A stretch of DNA of 64,000 bases, taken from assembly GCA_010909165.1 (NCBI GenBank), contig VJWM01000172.1, forward strand, positions 124,001 through 188,000. Reading direction: 5' to 3'. Of the stretch, positions 23,690 to 35,708 are shown piece after piece. How positions within the stretch are numbered: the stretch's first letter is position 1; each line of letters opens with the position of its first letter. The DNA is from Anthoceros angustus. Its lineage: Eukaryota; Plantae; Anthocerotophyta. The notes below the pieces were generated by a model. It ran no database searches. It was not told where the DNA came from and was given only the letters and a program-made list of their open reading frames with translations. The position numbers and the translations under genes are program-made.

Positions 23690-25760
23690 AAGCCCTGTAC
23701 ATGTGTATGCAGAAGTCGTGAAGTGGAAGATGCATGCCAGGTTTTCATTCTGTGAGATTCGGTAGTGATGGAGTAGTTAGTGGTAGGAGCTGCCTGGGTT
23801 CAATCCATCCTAGCCATTCTGTGAGTACTGCCAGTCGAGCATGACGCGCTTGTTGTGTATGAACAACTGGCTTGCCGGGGATGTGTTTGTCAGCAACTAG
23901 TTGGCTTGTGGACATACTGTACATGGAAAATGTGGGAGTTTGAAGGATGCCCGGTGAGTGTTAGCACAGCACGGCCACCTGCGCCATGCCATGGAATGCC
24001 CTGATATCTGTGTATGCGAAATGACGTGAACCTGAGGGCTTGAGGCAGGACCGGAAATGGGAGTCATGACGGCTGCAAATTGAGTAAGTTCACCTTTTTG
24101 TAGCTGGCCTCTGAGTGCGTGCAGTTGCTGCGGATTTGTCAGGGTTGGGTTTTCTGGACAGCGTGGGCATGAAAGGATGAGTGGACATGGGCTGCCGTTC
24201 TTGGACAGGCTCTTTATTTGAAATGGTCTGATGTACTGAAGGATGGTCTGCATTGAAGCTGATGGCATTCTGTTGCCGATCTGCTGATCCATTCGTGGTA
24301 GGCGGACGAGTTTGGGATGAGTGGATCTGGATAGCTGTGTGTGTGGGGGCTGTGTCTTGATGGTGGCTTGTGGGTATGCCAACCTCGTGTGTGCAGGATT
24401 GGGAATGGCCTCCGTGACTGCTGGAACTCTGTGAGCCTGTTATGTCAGGAGAGGAAGCCCTCTGTTACGTCCTTTTGGCTGACCCTGTTACTTTTGCTTA
24501 GATTGTATTGGGCGTCGTGATGGCTGAGATTGTAGAATGTTATGTCGGCAGGGGATGCGTTCTGAGGCCGTTGGAGCTGCCCTGGATTCTATGGCGCAGA
24601 TAGACCTTGCTGTTTCACAGCCTCTGGTTCATAATGCGCACGAAAGTGTCCGTCTGTAAGAAGGATTCATTTGTGGAGCGACGAGTACATTGATCTCAGT
24701 GTCCATTTGGGGTGCGAGTGGAATATTCCATCTGGAATGCTATGAGAGCTGGGTATGCCGAGCACGGGCTTGCTCGAATATGAAGCGCTAGTTGTGTGTG
24801 AACGACTGGAGCCGGAGGGCCTCATTTTCGCTGACCATGTTACTTTTGCTGTGCTTGAAAAGGCTGGTGCACAGCACTGGTGCCTTTCAGAAGAGCATGG
24901 AGGTGCACACGCTGATTGCCCAAACACTGACTGCAGGGTATCAAAGGTGGGCAGCTGCCTGCGGATATGTATGCCCAAGCAAAATGTCGCAAACTGAAGG
25001 ATGCATGCCAGTTTTTTCACATCATGGCCACAAATGATATGGTGACATGGAATGTCGTGATGGCGGGTTATGCAAAATGTGATGAACTGAGAGAGGCACG
25101 CCAGGTTTTTGACAGCATGAACTCGAGGAATGAGGTGACATGGAATGCCTGATAGCTGGGTACGCTGGGTACGCTGGACAAGGGCTCGGACATGAGTACC
25201 TTGTTCTGGAGGGGAGGGCTGATTCTAGATGCTCATGCCTTTTCACTTGCCTCCTGAAGGCTAGTGCAAGTACTGGGGCCTTAAAGAAGGATAGGCAGCT
25301 GCACTCACTGGTTGACGAAAGAGGACTGCTGGGTAACGTGGTGTTGGGCAGCTGTCTGATGGCCGTGTATCCAAAATGTGGTGAACTGGAAGATGCCCGC
25401 TATGTTTTTAAGAGCTGAGCCACAAGGGATGCCGTGACATGGAATGCCCTGATAGCTGGGTATGCACAGCAAGGGCCTGGCCAAGAGGCGGGTGCTGTGT
25501 ATGTGCAGATGGACGAAGAATTTCAATTCGCCGTACCAACCTGCGGCAGAGGTAACAACCCATCCGCCCCGGCGACAGCGTGACTCGGCACATCAGCAGT
25601 GCGAGGCTCCTCGTCAGCGGGACTTTTGGGAGGTCTGGCTCCAGTGCCATACAACCGAAAATTTCAACTGAGAAATCCCCGGAGATTTCCCTACACAAAC
25701 TCAACCCTGACTATGCCGTCAGCGGCTAGGTGCAAGCACACCATCATCTCACCTTGCAGC
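23690..25760 (+). pseudogene. PLS-PPR pseudogene, longest form
   Basis: Retains 25352-25508 (SCLMAVYPKCGELEDARYVF...VTWNALIAGYAQQG), which is deleted in most other copies. Confidence 0.85.
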
Positions 25761-26659
25761 CCAAGGCTGGGCGTCCAATAGTGGACGAACCTGCTTCCCC
25801 ATCTCCAAGGCTGGGCGACCCAGCAAGCGATCAAGTTAGACACAAATATCTGATTCATCATTAGAGAAGTCCATGTCACCACATGTTGTCGAGGAAGCCT
25901 GCCATGGCAATCACCCGCTTTGAGCGTTCTTCCTTCTTTCAGGCTGTCACACTTTGCATACATGTCTTGCAGACCACTAGTAGCCACTACCGTTTACCAT
26001 GTACAAAAAGCGAGACGAGGAAAGGAGGAAGAAGAGTCCGTTACATATTTGGTGGGTGTCGCATTAATGTTTTCTAAAATGGTATGTGCCAGCCTGTGCG
26101 TGAGGAAAAATAGGAAGTCTGGGATTCCAAAGCAAAGGGAATCCAGGCTGAATCTCTTATTCAGCGTCACGCGCTTTCCACAGCGGGGAAAAGACCTACT
26201 TCCATCCTCGCTGTTTCAATCCAGAGGGGCAAGGAAGAAAGCAGAGTACCTGTGCCAGTCGGGGTTCCCTGGCCCTCTTCACCTGCGATTGGATTGAGAA
26301 TCGAAGGGTGCTGATCCCTCGAGCCGTGCTAGCGACAGTCTGCTTGGAATTGATGTACATGGAATCGATCTGAATTGGTGGGGATCTGGAGTTGGTGGGT
26401 TCCGGAGTTGGTGTGTAGAATCGGTCTCCATTCGTGGGCTTCTGCGGTTGGTGTGTAAAATCTGTCTGAATTCGTAGGATTCCGATGTGGGTATTGTGAA
26501 TTGGTGGGTTGGTGTTGAATTGTTGGGTTGTTGAATTGGCCTCAATTCGTAGGATTCCGAAGTTGCGCTGAACTTGTGATGGAATGGGGAACGGGTCTTC
26601 CTGCATGCAAGACTGCCCACAACAGAATGGATTGGGGAGAAGGTGGTAGGACATGCAGC

Positions 26660-26709
26660 ATGAAGGAGCAACACAGCAAAATGGGCAGACAGGAAGGTGG
26701 GCTCCCACA
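26660..26709 (+). pseudogene. MIK: MIK 5' stub at a duplication junction
   Basis: atgaaggagcaac... is joined to the PPR 3' end through TCCCACA. Confidence 0.7.
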
Positions 26710-27650
26710 CAAACTCAACCCTGACAATGCTGTCAGCAGCTAGGTGCAAGCACACCATCATCTCACCTTGCAGCCCAAGGCTGGGCGTCCAATAGTGGAC
26801 GAACCTGCTTCCAATCTGTGCAGCCCAGGCTGGGCGACCCAGCAAGCGATCAAGTGACACAAATATCTGATTCATCATTAGAGAAGTCCATGTCACCACA
26901 TGTTGTCGAGGAAGCCTGCCATGGCAATCACGCTTTGAGCGTTCTTCCTTCTTTCAGGCTGTCACACTTTGCATACATGTCTTGCAGACCACTAGTAGCC
27001 ACTACCGTTTACCATGTACAGAAAGCGAGACGAGGAAAGGAGGAAGAAGAGTCCGTTACATATTTGGTGGGTGTCGCATTAATGTTTTCTAAAATGGTAT
27101 GTGCCAGCCTGTGCGTGAGGAAAAATAGGAAGTCTGGGATTCCAAAGGGAATCCAGGCTGAATCTCATTCAGCGTCACGCGCTTTCCACAGCGGGAAAAG
27201 ACCTACTTCCATCCTCGCTGTTTCAATCCAGAGGGCAAGGAAGAAAGCAGAGTACCTGTGCCAGTCGGGGTTCCTGGCCCTCTTCACCTGCGATTGGATT
27301 GAGAATCGAAGGTGCTGATCCCTCGAGCCGTGCTAGCGACAGTCTGCTTGGAATTGATGTACATGGAATCGATCTGAATTGGTGGGGATCTGGAGTTGGT
27401 GGGTTCCGGAGTTGGTGTAGAATCGGTCTCCATTCGTGGGCTTCTGCGGTTGGTGTGTAAAATCTGTCTGAATTCGTAGGATTCCGATGTGGGTATTGTG
27501 AATTGGTGGGTTGGTGTTGAATTGTTGGGTTGTTGAATTGGCCTCAATTCGTGGGATTCAGTTGCGCTGAACTTGTGATGGAATGGGAACGGGTCTTCCT
27601 GCATGCAAGACTGCCCACAACAGAATGGATTGGGGAGAAGGTGGTAGGAC

Positions 27651-28286
27651 ATGAAGGAGCAACACAGCAAAATGGGCAGACAGGAAGGTGGGCTCCCACA
27701 CAAGGGTTCCAAGCCCAAGAGCCAGGAGGCAGCAGAGGAGGTGCTGGTGGTGGGGAATTACTGCCATGACGTGATCCAGCTCCCGCGGGTGTGGAAGCGG
27801 AGGTCCTGGGGGTCGGTGTCCTACATCAGGAACGTGCTGGACGCGGTTGGAGTGGACGCCTTGGTGGTGGCCAAGGTCGGTCCGGACTTCGCCTACGCGG
27901 AGAGTTCTGCGCCCAAGGCGCACCCGCCTCAGGTGGTGCCAGGCCGCCACAACCAGTTCTTCGCAGACCTGAGCAAGAAAGGAGAAGGCGCGTCCTTCGA
28001 GCCGGCAATCTGTGCAGCCCATCTTCCCGTGGGACATCCGGGGACTGCCAATTCCGGACTGGCTAGCGGTGGGCGTGGCGGGCGAGATCCGGGCGGACAC
28101 CCTGGAGCGCATGGCGGCTGCCTCGGATTGTTTGGTGGTGGATGTGCAGGCTTTGATCCGTACAATCGAGCCCGGAAGCGGGGTGGTGGGGCTGTGCCCG
28201 CTCCGGGACACGGCCTTCTACCCGCTTTTGCACAATGTGGCATACCAAGGCATCCAGCTCCGAGGCCGCCTTCATCGATTTGGAGG
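27651..28286 (+). pseudogene. MIK: 5' two-thirds of a non-deleted MIK, truncated by a duplication junction
   Basis: Contains the interior missing from the deletion copies; many small indels; joins PPR at 28287. Confidence 0.85.
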
Positions 28287-28680
28287 TTGGGCAGCTGTCT
28301 GATGGACGAAAATGTGGTGAACTGGAAGATGCCCGCTATGTTTTTAAGAGCTGAGCCACAAGGGATGCGTGACATGGAATGCCCTGATAGCTGGGTATGC
28401 ACAGCAACCAGCCCCTGTGTATGTGCAGATGGACGAAGAATTTCAATTCGCCGTACCAACCTGCGGCAGAGGTAACAACCCATGCGACAGCGTGACTCGG
28501 CACATCAGCAGTGAGGCTCCTCGTCAGCGGGACTTTTGGGAGGTCTGGCTCCAGTGCCATACAACCGAAAATTTCAACTGAGAAATCCCGGAGATTTCCC
28601 ACACAAACTCAACCCTGACAATGCTGTCAGCTAGGTGCAAGCACACCATGATCTCACCTTGAAGCCCCAGGCTGGGCGTC
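28287..28680 (+). pseudogene. PPR 3' fragment (long form)
   Basis: Copy of sequence from ~25345 onward, including VTWNALIAGYAQQ. Confidence 0.75.
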
Positions 28681-29549
28681 CAATAGTGGACGAACCTGCT
28701 TCCCCATCTCCAAGGCTGGGCGACCCAGCAAGCGATCAAGTGGCACACAAATATCTGATTCATCATCAGAGAAGTCCATGTCACCACATGTTGTCGAGGA
28801 AGCCTGCCACGGCAATCACGCTTTGAGCGTTCTTCCTTCTTTCAGGCTGTCACACTTTGCATACATGTCTTGCAGACCACTAGTAGCCACTACCGTTTAC
28901 CATGTACAGAAAGCGAGACGAGGAAAGGAGGAAGAAGAGTCCGTTACATATTTGGTGGGTGTCGCATTAATGTTTTCTAAAATGGTATGCTGTGCGTGAG
29001 GATAAATAGGAAGTCTGGGATTCCAAAGCAAAGGGAATCCAGGCTGAATCTCTTATTCAGCGTCACGCGCTTTCCACAGCGGGAAAAGACCTACTTCCAT
29101 CCTCGCTGTTTCAATCCAGAGGGCAAGGAAGAAAGCAGAGTACCTGTGCCAGTCAGGGTTCCTGGCCCTCTTCACCTGCGATTGGATTGAGAATCGAAGG
29201 GTGCTGATCCCTCGAGCCGTGCTAGCGACAGTCTGCTTGGAATTGATGTACATGGAATGGATCTGAATTGGTGGGGATCTGGAGTTGGTGGGTTCCGGAG
29301 TTGGTGTGTAGAATCGGTCTCCATTCGTGGGATTCTGCGGTTGGTGTGTAAAATCTGTCTGAATTCGTAGGATTCCGATGTGGGTGTGAATTGGTGGGTT
29401 GGTGTTGAATTGTTGGGTTGTTGAATTGGCCTCAATTCGTAGGATTCCGAAGTTGCGCTGAACTTGTGATGGAATGGGGAACGGGTCTTCCTGCATGCAA
29501 GACTGCCCACAACAGAATGGATTGGGGAGAAGGTGGTAGGACATGCAGC

Positions 29550-30617
29550 ATGAAGGAGCAACACAGCAAAATGGGCAGACAGGAAGGTGGGCTCCCACAA
29601 CACAAGGGTTCCAAGCCCAAGAGCCAGGGGAGGCAGCAGAGGGAGGTGCTGGTGGTGGGGAATTACTGCCATGACGTGATCCAGCTCCCGCGGGGTGTGG
29701 AAGCGGAGGTCCTGGGGGGGTCGGTGTCCTACATCGGGAACGTGCTGGACGCGGTTGGAGTGGACGCCTTGGTGGTGGCCAAGGTCGGTCCGGACTTCGC
29801 CTACGCGGAGAGTTCTGCGCCCAAGGCGCACCCGCCTCGGGTGGTGCCAGGCCGCCGCACAACCCAGTTCTTCGCAGACCTGAGCAAGAAAGGAGAAGAG
29901 CGCGTCCTTCGAGCCGGCAATCTGTGCGAGCCCATCTTCCCGTGGGACATCCCGGGGGACTGCCAATTCCGGACTGGCCTAGCGGTGGGCGTGGCGGGCG
30001 AGATCCGGGCGGACACCCTGGAGCGCATGGCGGCTGCCTCGGATTGTTTGGTGGTGGATGTGCAGGCTTTGATCCGTACAATCGAGCCCGGAAGCGGGGT
30101 GGTGGGGCTGTGCCCGCTCCGGGACACGGCCTTCTACCCGCTTTTGCACAATGTGGCATACCTTAAGGCATCCAGCTCCGAGGCCGCCTTCATCGATTTG
30201 GAGGAGGTTAGGCAGCGCACCTGCGTGATCGTGACGCAGGGGCGGGACGGGAGCCGGGTGTATGGAGATGGGTTCGAGTTCCTTGTGCCGCCCTTCGCTG
30301 CGGAGGAGGTGGATCCGACCGGGGCCGGGGATTCCTTCCTGGCGGGATTCTGCACCGGGTTGCATCACGGGCTGGAGGTGGGGAAGGCTGTGTTGATGGG
30401 GAACTACTTCGGGGCTCTGGCCGTGGGGCAGGTCGGGGTGCCCACCTTCTCGACGCTGCAGCTGCAGATGCAGCTTCAGGCAAGTTGGACTATGGCTTTC
30501 TTCTGGCCGCTGGGTTTGCGTTGGGTGGAGGTTGATTGGTTGGAGGATTTTTGTGTTGTTGCTCAGATGCTGGATGTGTGCTTGATGATGTGCAGGGGTG
30601 GGGTTGCAACGGTCTGA
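29550..30617 (+). CDS. MIK: myo-inositol kinase (inositol 3-kinase, PfkB family), the only intact copy; exon 1 29550-30479, probable GC-AG intron 30480-30566, last exon 30567-30617
   Basis: VLVVGNYCHDV, LGGSVSYI, GLAVGVAGEI, VVDVQALIR, LKASSSEA and PfkB signature EVDPTGAGDSFLAG, colinear with plant MIK/maize LPA3. Start codon (29469/29517/29550/29571) and last exon are uncertain. Confidence 0.9.
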   Translation: MKEQHSKMGRQEGGLPQHKGSKPKSQGRQQREVLVVGNYCHDVIQLPRGVEAEVLGGSVSYIGNVLDAVGVDALVVAKVGPDFAYAESSAPKAHPPRVVPGRRTTQFFADLSKKGEERVLRAGNLCEPIFPWDIPGDCQFRTGLAVGVAGEIRADTLERMAAASDCLVVDVQALIRTIEPGSGVVGLCPLRDTAFYPLLHNVAYLKASSSEAAFIDLEEVRQRTCVIVTQGRDGSRVYGDGFEFLVPPFAAEEVDPTGAGDSFLAGFCTGLHHGLEVGKAVLMGNYFGALAVGQVGVPTFSTLQLQMQLQASWTMAFFWPLGLRWVEVDWLEDFCVVAQMLDVCLMMCRGGVATV

Positions 30618-30917
30618 GGCAGGGGATGTGCATGATCCTTGAGTCCAATCCTCTGTTGGGTATTAACGATGGCTGCACTCGTGGGCTGGGAGCAGGGAGT
30701 GTGTGCTCGCCGTAGCCCTCCTCGGCAGGAGAATGGCTGCCGAGAGCATGCTGGTGCAGCAGGGAAGATGATGAAGATGGAGGAGCAGGTGCTGGGGTTA
30801 GGGCAACGGACGGACGTCCCTGCTTGCACTGAATGAATGTTGCAATGCTGCAGTATGTGTGCTCGGGCTTGAGACCTGAGAGAGAGCTGCTGGGGCCCTG
30901 TGATGAGATGGGCTCGA

Positions 30918-32560
30918 GGATGGTGTGCTCATCTGTTGTCGGAGAAGAACCTTGTGCTTTCATAACAGCAGATAAGGATAAGGTGGATGTCTGATGTGAT
31001 AAGGGTCATGCTCGTGTTTTTTATCTTCTCCTTCGTTGAAGGTGTGTGTTCTGATGGGTGACTGGCTGTTACAGGTTGCTGCCTCGAACAGAGAGAGTCA
31101 GAGTGAAGTGGAAGGACACACAGTTCCTGGTGGTAGTGTGAGATGGCGTGCTAGAGGTAGAGGCAGAAGATGTTTGGTCCTTCATATCTGTTTCGACAGC
31201 CATTTTCCTGGAGGGATGGTCCGTAAGAAAATAGATGTGATTGGGTCTTGCTCAACTAGCCAAGTTTGGCAAATCATGGAGACTTATTGCTTGCTAATGA
31301 GACAAGCCTTCTTGTTGTCAGTGACTGTTGTCCAGTTTGATGAATATGAATAAGGAACAGACTTCGTTCCTCAATTGGTTCTATTTGGCAAATCAATTTG
31401 GGAGCTTTGATCTCGTCTTCAATTCTGTGTACATCCAAGGCACTTTGAGCTGGGCACTGGGATTTGGAATACCAGCAGCCGCCATCAATCTGGGAGGTCT
31501 GGGAGGTTTTGTGTCATGCTTAATTCTGGTGTACATCCTAGACAATGTGAGCTGGGCATTGGGATTCGGAATACCACAACGGCCATGGGAATTGTACTGT
31601 CTGACGTCATACAGACATCAGGAGGGGGCAGCCCTTTGACCAGGATTGCCCAGGTCATTGTTGTTGCGGTGAGAAAGTAGGGAGGTGTCTTCTGCTAAAC
31701 TTTTGGATCAGGTGTGAGAAGATGAGTCATACAAAGAGGAAAAGAAAACTTTACGTAAAAAATAGATTGGGAAAAATCCACCCACCCCAAAAACAAAGGG
31801 GAAAAACCTAACATCCTTCGAAACCTCAGCGTGCAGTCTGCCCTTCACCTCCTCCACCCGAGTGTGTGTGAAGAGCTGCCATGTATGTCAATGGCAGGCT
31901 TGTCCATGAATCTGAAATGGAGCGAATGTGATCTGATTCCGTGAAAACTACTTGATCAACATAATAGCAACCGAGCAACAACACGAGCACAAGGAGGACA
32001 GACTTACCTGAACTGTAGGGTATGTTTCAAGCTTTCTGCGTGCCTGCTCGTCCTTTTATGATCGTGGGGGGGACTACTTTTATGATCGTGGGGGCTAGTC
32101 CCCTGGCATGGTGCCCTTGAGCTTGTCATGGGGACATTTGCCATGGTGGCAGGATAGAAGACATCAGCCTCTTCTCTGACAAGCATTTGGAGTTATTCTC
32201 GCACCTCCAATCTCTTGGTTTCGCATCACCATGTCCAAGGATCAGTACTCAGCATCAGTTCCAAAGACTGCATCGCTTTTATGGGCTGGGTGAAAGTACT
32301 AGTATGATGGCCTTCGACTAACTCCATGGCAGAACCTGCGTTGTGGGCTGTGCAGATAATGCCAGCTTATCCATCGACATCGATATGCTTGGGGCTTTCC
32401 CCTTCTAGCTGGATGTAAGAGACCCATTGCGTCCTTCTCGTGAACAGCGATGCTACGAACACTACATACATATGGGAATGACTCCTTAACCTATCGGGTT
32501 ATGGGAGGCGTCCTGGGCTTGTAATACTGCGGGCCCTTCCCGTTTGTCACTGGTTTCTCA
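30918..32560 (+). pseudogene. NPF (NRT1/PTR) pseudogene, most complete copy, with internal inversion 31727-32061
   Basis: QFDE..KEQTSFLNWFYL, DNVSWALGFGIP, YRHQEG.PLTRIAQVIV and, after re-inverting, TRVEEVK...FFSSLYDR, then LELVMGTFAMVAG. Confidence 0.75.
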
Positions 32561-33038
32561 ATAGGTACACTGATCATGCAGTAGGAAGGCCGCACTCATG
32601 CCCCACAGATTCTTCGTTCCTCCATTACAGCGCGGCAGAGTCATGTACTCATTCACCTTGCTCTTCCCCAGCGTTGATGCAAGACCAAATTCAGTGATTT
32701 GCCGACACTGCACCCGCATCCTCTCCTGGCTCCTGAAGTGTCGGCATGTCGCCAAAGCTCCAAACCCAGCCGTCGTTTTGGACCGCCAGCCTGCGCAGCT
32801 CACGACATGCAAGGAGAAGGTGGACAGAGTGCGGCTGCCACAGTTAGCATGAGTTACGGCATTGTGCAGTGGACTCAAGCCATGGCTAGCAGTGCGTGTC
32901 CTATCCAGCTTCTGGCGCTGTGCTGTGCAGTTGCCGCAGATCAGACAGCGGAGCGGAATTAGGGTTACGGCGTTGCCGAGCAGCGGTTCAACGAGGGGCG
33001 AGCAGGTGTCCGCCATGACTCCCCTGTGCATGTTGCCA

Positions 33039-33390
33039 CAGGAAGACGAACCAAGGATGAACCAGGTGAGGAAGGTGGCAGGAGAGCGGGCAGGTGTACG
33101 CCGCCACGAATCCCCTCGTGCATGCTTCTCCAGGCAGAAGGATCGGGGATGAACCAGGAGGACGGATCAAGGATTGTGAATCAAGGATGAACCTGGAGCG
33201 CGCACGCATCAAGGATGGACCAGGAATTCGAATCAAGGATGGACCAGGAATTCGAATCAAAGATGAACCAGAATTCGAATCAAGGATGAACCAGGAATTC
33301 AGATCAAGCATGAACCAGAATTGAATCAGGATGAACCAGGAAAGGGTGAACCTAAGAAAACGAAAAGGATGAACCAGGAAGACGAACCAA
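33039..33390. repeat. Minisatellite (24-bp core atcaaggatggaccaggaattcga) bounded by 16-bp direct repeats
   Basis: Multiple degenerate units; caggaagacgaaccaa at 33039-33054 and 33375-33390. Confidence 0.85.
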
Positions 33391-33682
33391 ACATTCAATC
33401 AGTATGGCTATCCTTGAAGTGGGTTGATGTTTACCATTCAGGTACTTCGGATTGTTTTGTTTTACACCTTTACAAGCAACCGCTTGCTCCCGTTACTGTC
33501 CGCTGCATTCATGAGCCGCCCGCTCCACCTGCGATTCTATGCCACTTGATTTTCTTTTAACTGTCCCAAATCTATCTTAATGTCTAACTTATCTGTACTT
33601 ATCATATGTATATATAGTATACTACATATATACACATCATATACATATTCATGATATCAGACACATGGATTCTATTATTCAT

Positions 33683-33748
33683 CATGGCACATACGTGCAT
33701 ACCATCATCCACCATGGTACATACGTGCATACCATCATCCACCATGGC
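33683..33748. repeat. 30-bp tandem repeat (2.2 units) at the junction back into NPF
   Basis: catgg(c/t)acatacgtgcataccatcatccac x2 plus catggc. Confidence 0.85.
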
Positions 33749-34430
33749 GGAATACCAGCAGGCGCCATCAATCTGGGAGGTCTGGGAGGTTTTGTGTCAT
33801 GCTTAATTCTGGTGTACATCCTAGACAATGTGAGCTGGCTGGGTATTGGGATTCTAAATACCACGGCCATGGAATTGTCTTGTCGGCATATCTGAGACAC
33901 GGAGAAGGCGCTTTGACAGGGACACAGGTCCTTGGTGTTGCGGGGAGAAAGTAGGAGGTGGCTTCCTAAACTTTTGGATCGGTGTGAGAAGATGAGTCAT
34001 AAAAGCACGGCAGCAGCTTGAAACATACCCTCAGGTTCACGTGAAGTCTCCTCCTTGTGCTCGTGTTGTTGCTCTGGCCGCTATTATGGTGATCAAGTAG
34101 TTTTAACGGAATCGGATGGCGTTCGTTCCATTTCGATTCAGAGAAGCCCGCCATTGACATACATGGCGCTCTTCACGACACTCGGTGGAGGAGGTGAAGG
34201 TCGACAAAGACGAAGGATATGCATTGAGCTTGTGATGGGGACATTTGCCATGGCGGCGGGATAGAAGACAAAGAGCTCTTGTTTGAGTTATTCTTGCACC
34301 TCCGATCTCTTGGTTTCGCATCACCATGTCCAAGGATCGATCAACATCGATTGCAAGAGCGCATCGCTTTATGGGTTGGGTGAAAGTACCGTCATAATGG
34401 CGTTCGACTAACCTCATGTAACTGCCTTGT
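33749..34430 (+). pseudogene. Partial NPF pseudogene (forward type), noisy copy
   Basis: Copy of ~13790-14522 with many indels. Confidence 0.65.
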
Positions 34431-34744
34431 GGGCAGAAAGGAGCTTTCTACACAACTGCGTGGCCATCTCCGGCTGGATGGCGGGAGGTCGGTGGGAGTA
34501 TGCCATCCCATTTCCGTCTTCAAGATATGGACGGGGATGGCTTGCTACGGTTTCTACGACCCCATGCACTCAAAGTCCCTCGAGAAAGTATTCGCTCAAC
34601 GTCGAGAAAGCTGTTGAGAAGGCTTCCATGGCCAAAATGCGTATGCACCGGCAAGATATGAAGTTGCAAACAAATACAGCAGACATTCTCTTTGTCCATA
34701 GGTCAAAGTTCACATCCAAATAGTCAAAAAGCTTGCATCGAAAT

Positions 34745-35515
34745 CTATGAATTATCCAAATCTATCACTAAGTGATAGCCTAGAGAGTCAGCTATGCAAA
34801 CTATTGCCGAACCTTGAGCAAATGTTAATGGAAACCTGGATATCTTCCATGCTCCATTCGCCTTTCAAGTTGCGAAGGGCACGAAATTTATATCGTCGTG
34901 AACATGGGCAGAAAGAATTTTGTACATATCCACGATGGCTTTAACTTGGTCATCAATGGATTGCCAACCTGCGGAGGTCTTGATACACTGAAACAACTTA
35001 GCATCTGCGGATAGAAAATATCGCCACCAATTAGCTCTAGTACCTCTATCCTTGATGTCTCCATACTTCACCTTCAAGTGCTCTTCAAAGAGCTCGAAAA
35101 CGCCTCTCATGTTGTTGACGCTTTTTGCCGCTAAGAGATCGAATTCGAGATCCCGAATCCTTCGTTCACAGAGAGAAATAGCCAGCTCCTTAGCCCTCGA
35201 AGCTTCAATGGCCTGCTGCAAGGCTTGCTCCCTAGCCATCGAGGCTTGCTCCCTAGCCCTCGAGACCTCCTCCCTAGCCCTCGAGACCTGGATGGTTTCT
35301 TCATGCAGCGTCTTGACTGAATCAATGAGCATCTGTTGCCTCTCGGCGTCCTTCTCTGTCCTCAACAGGGTCAACAAAGGGTCCATATTGGAAGCTCTAA
35401 CACTGAAAGCCTTGACATGCCTATCCTGAGCCCGAGCATAAGGTCTTCTTGGCATACTCAAGCCCATGAGTGATCCAGAAGCAGAGCCGCTAATCGGCAC
35501 CAGCAATGCCGCCAT
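34745..35515 (-). pseudogene. Coiled-coil gene copy, open for most of its length, frameshift near the 3' end
   Basis: ORF 34865-35566 covers transit peptide, coil and most of the domain; the frame breaks after VHDD. Possible sequencing error. Confidence 0.7.
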
Positions 35516-35599
35516 AGATAAAAGACGCCCGCAATCCTCAACCAGCAAGGCTTCCTGATTCTCCACTACCTCTCACCCGCGAGCTGAAGAGCAAAGCCC

Positions 35600-35708
35600 T
35601 CCCTCCATTCGTCTCTCAAACAGGGCGCAGCCAAGGACAGCTCCTCAATTCGTCTCTCAAACAGGGCGCAGGACAGCTCCTCAATTCGTCTCTCAAATAG
35701 GGCGCAGG
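35600..35708. repeat. 42-bp VNTR, 3 units
   Basis: Same unit. Confidence 0.88.

Noticed and set aside
29053-30159. Long Pro/Arg-rich minus-strand ORFs over MIK copies (also 10194-11144, 20606-21847 and others)
   Set aside because: Antisense shadows of GC-rich MIK coding sequence; frames are not conserved between copies.
32558-33031. 157-aa minus-strand ORF in the unique insert
   Set aside because: No recognisable domain or splice pattern; likely a chance ORF in GC-rich DNA.
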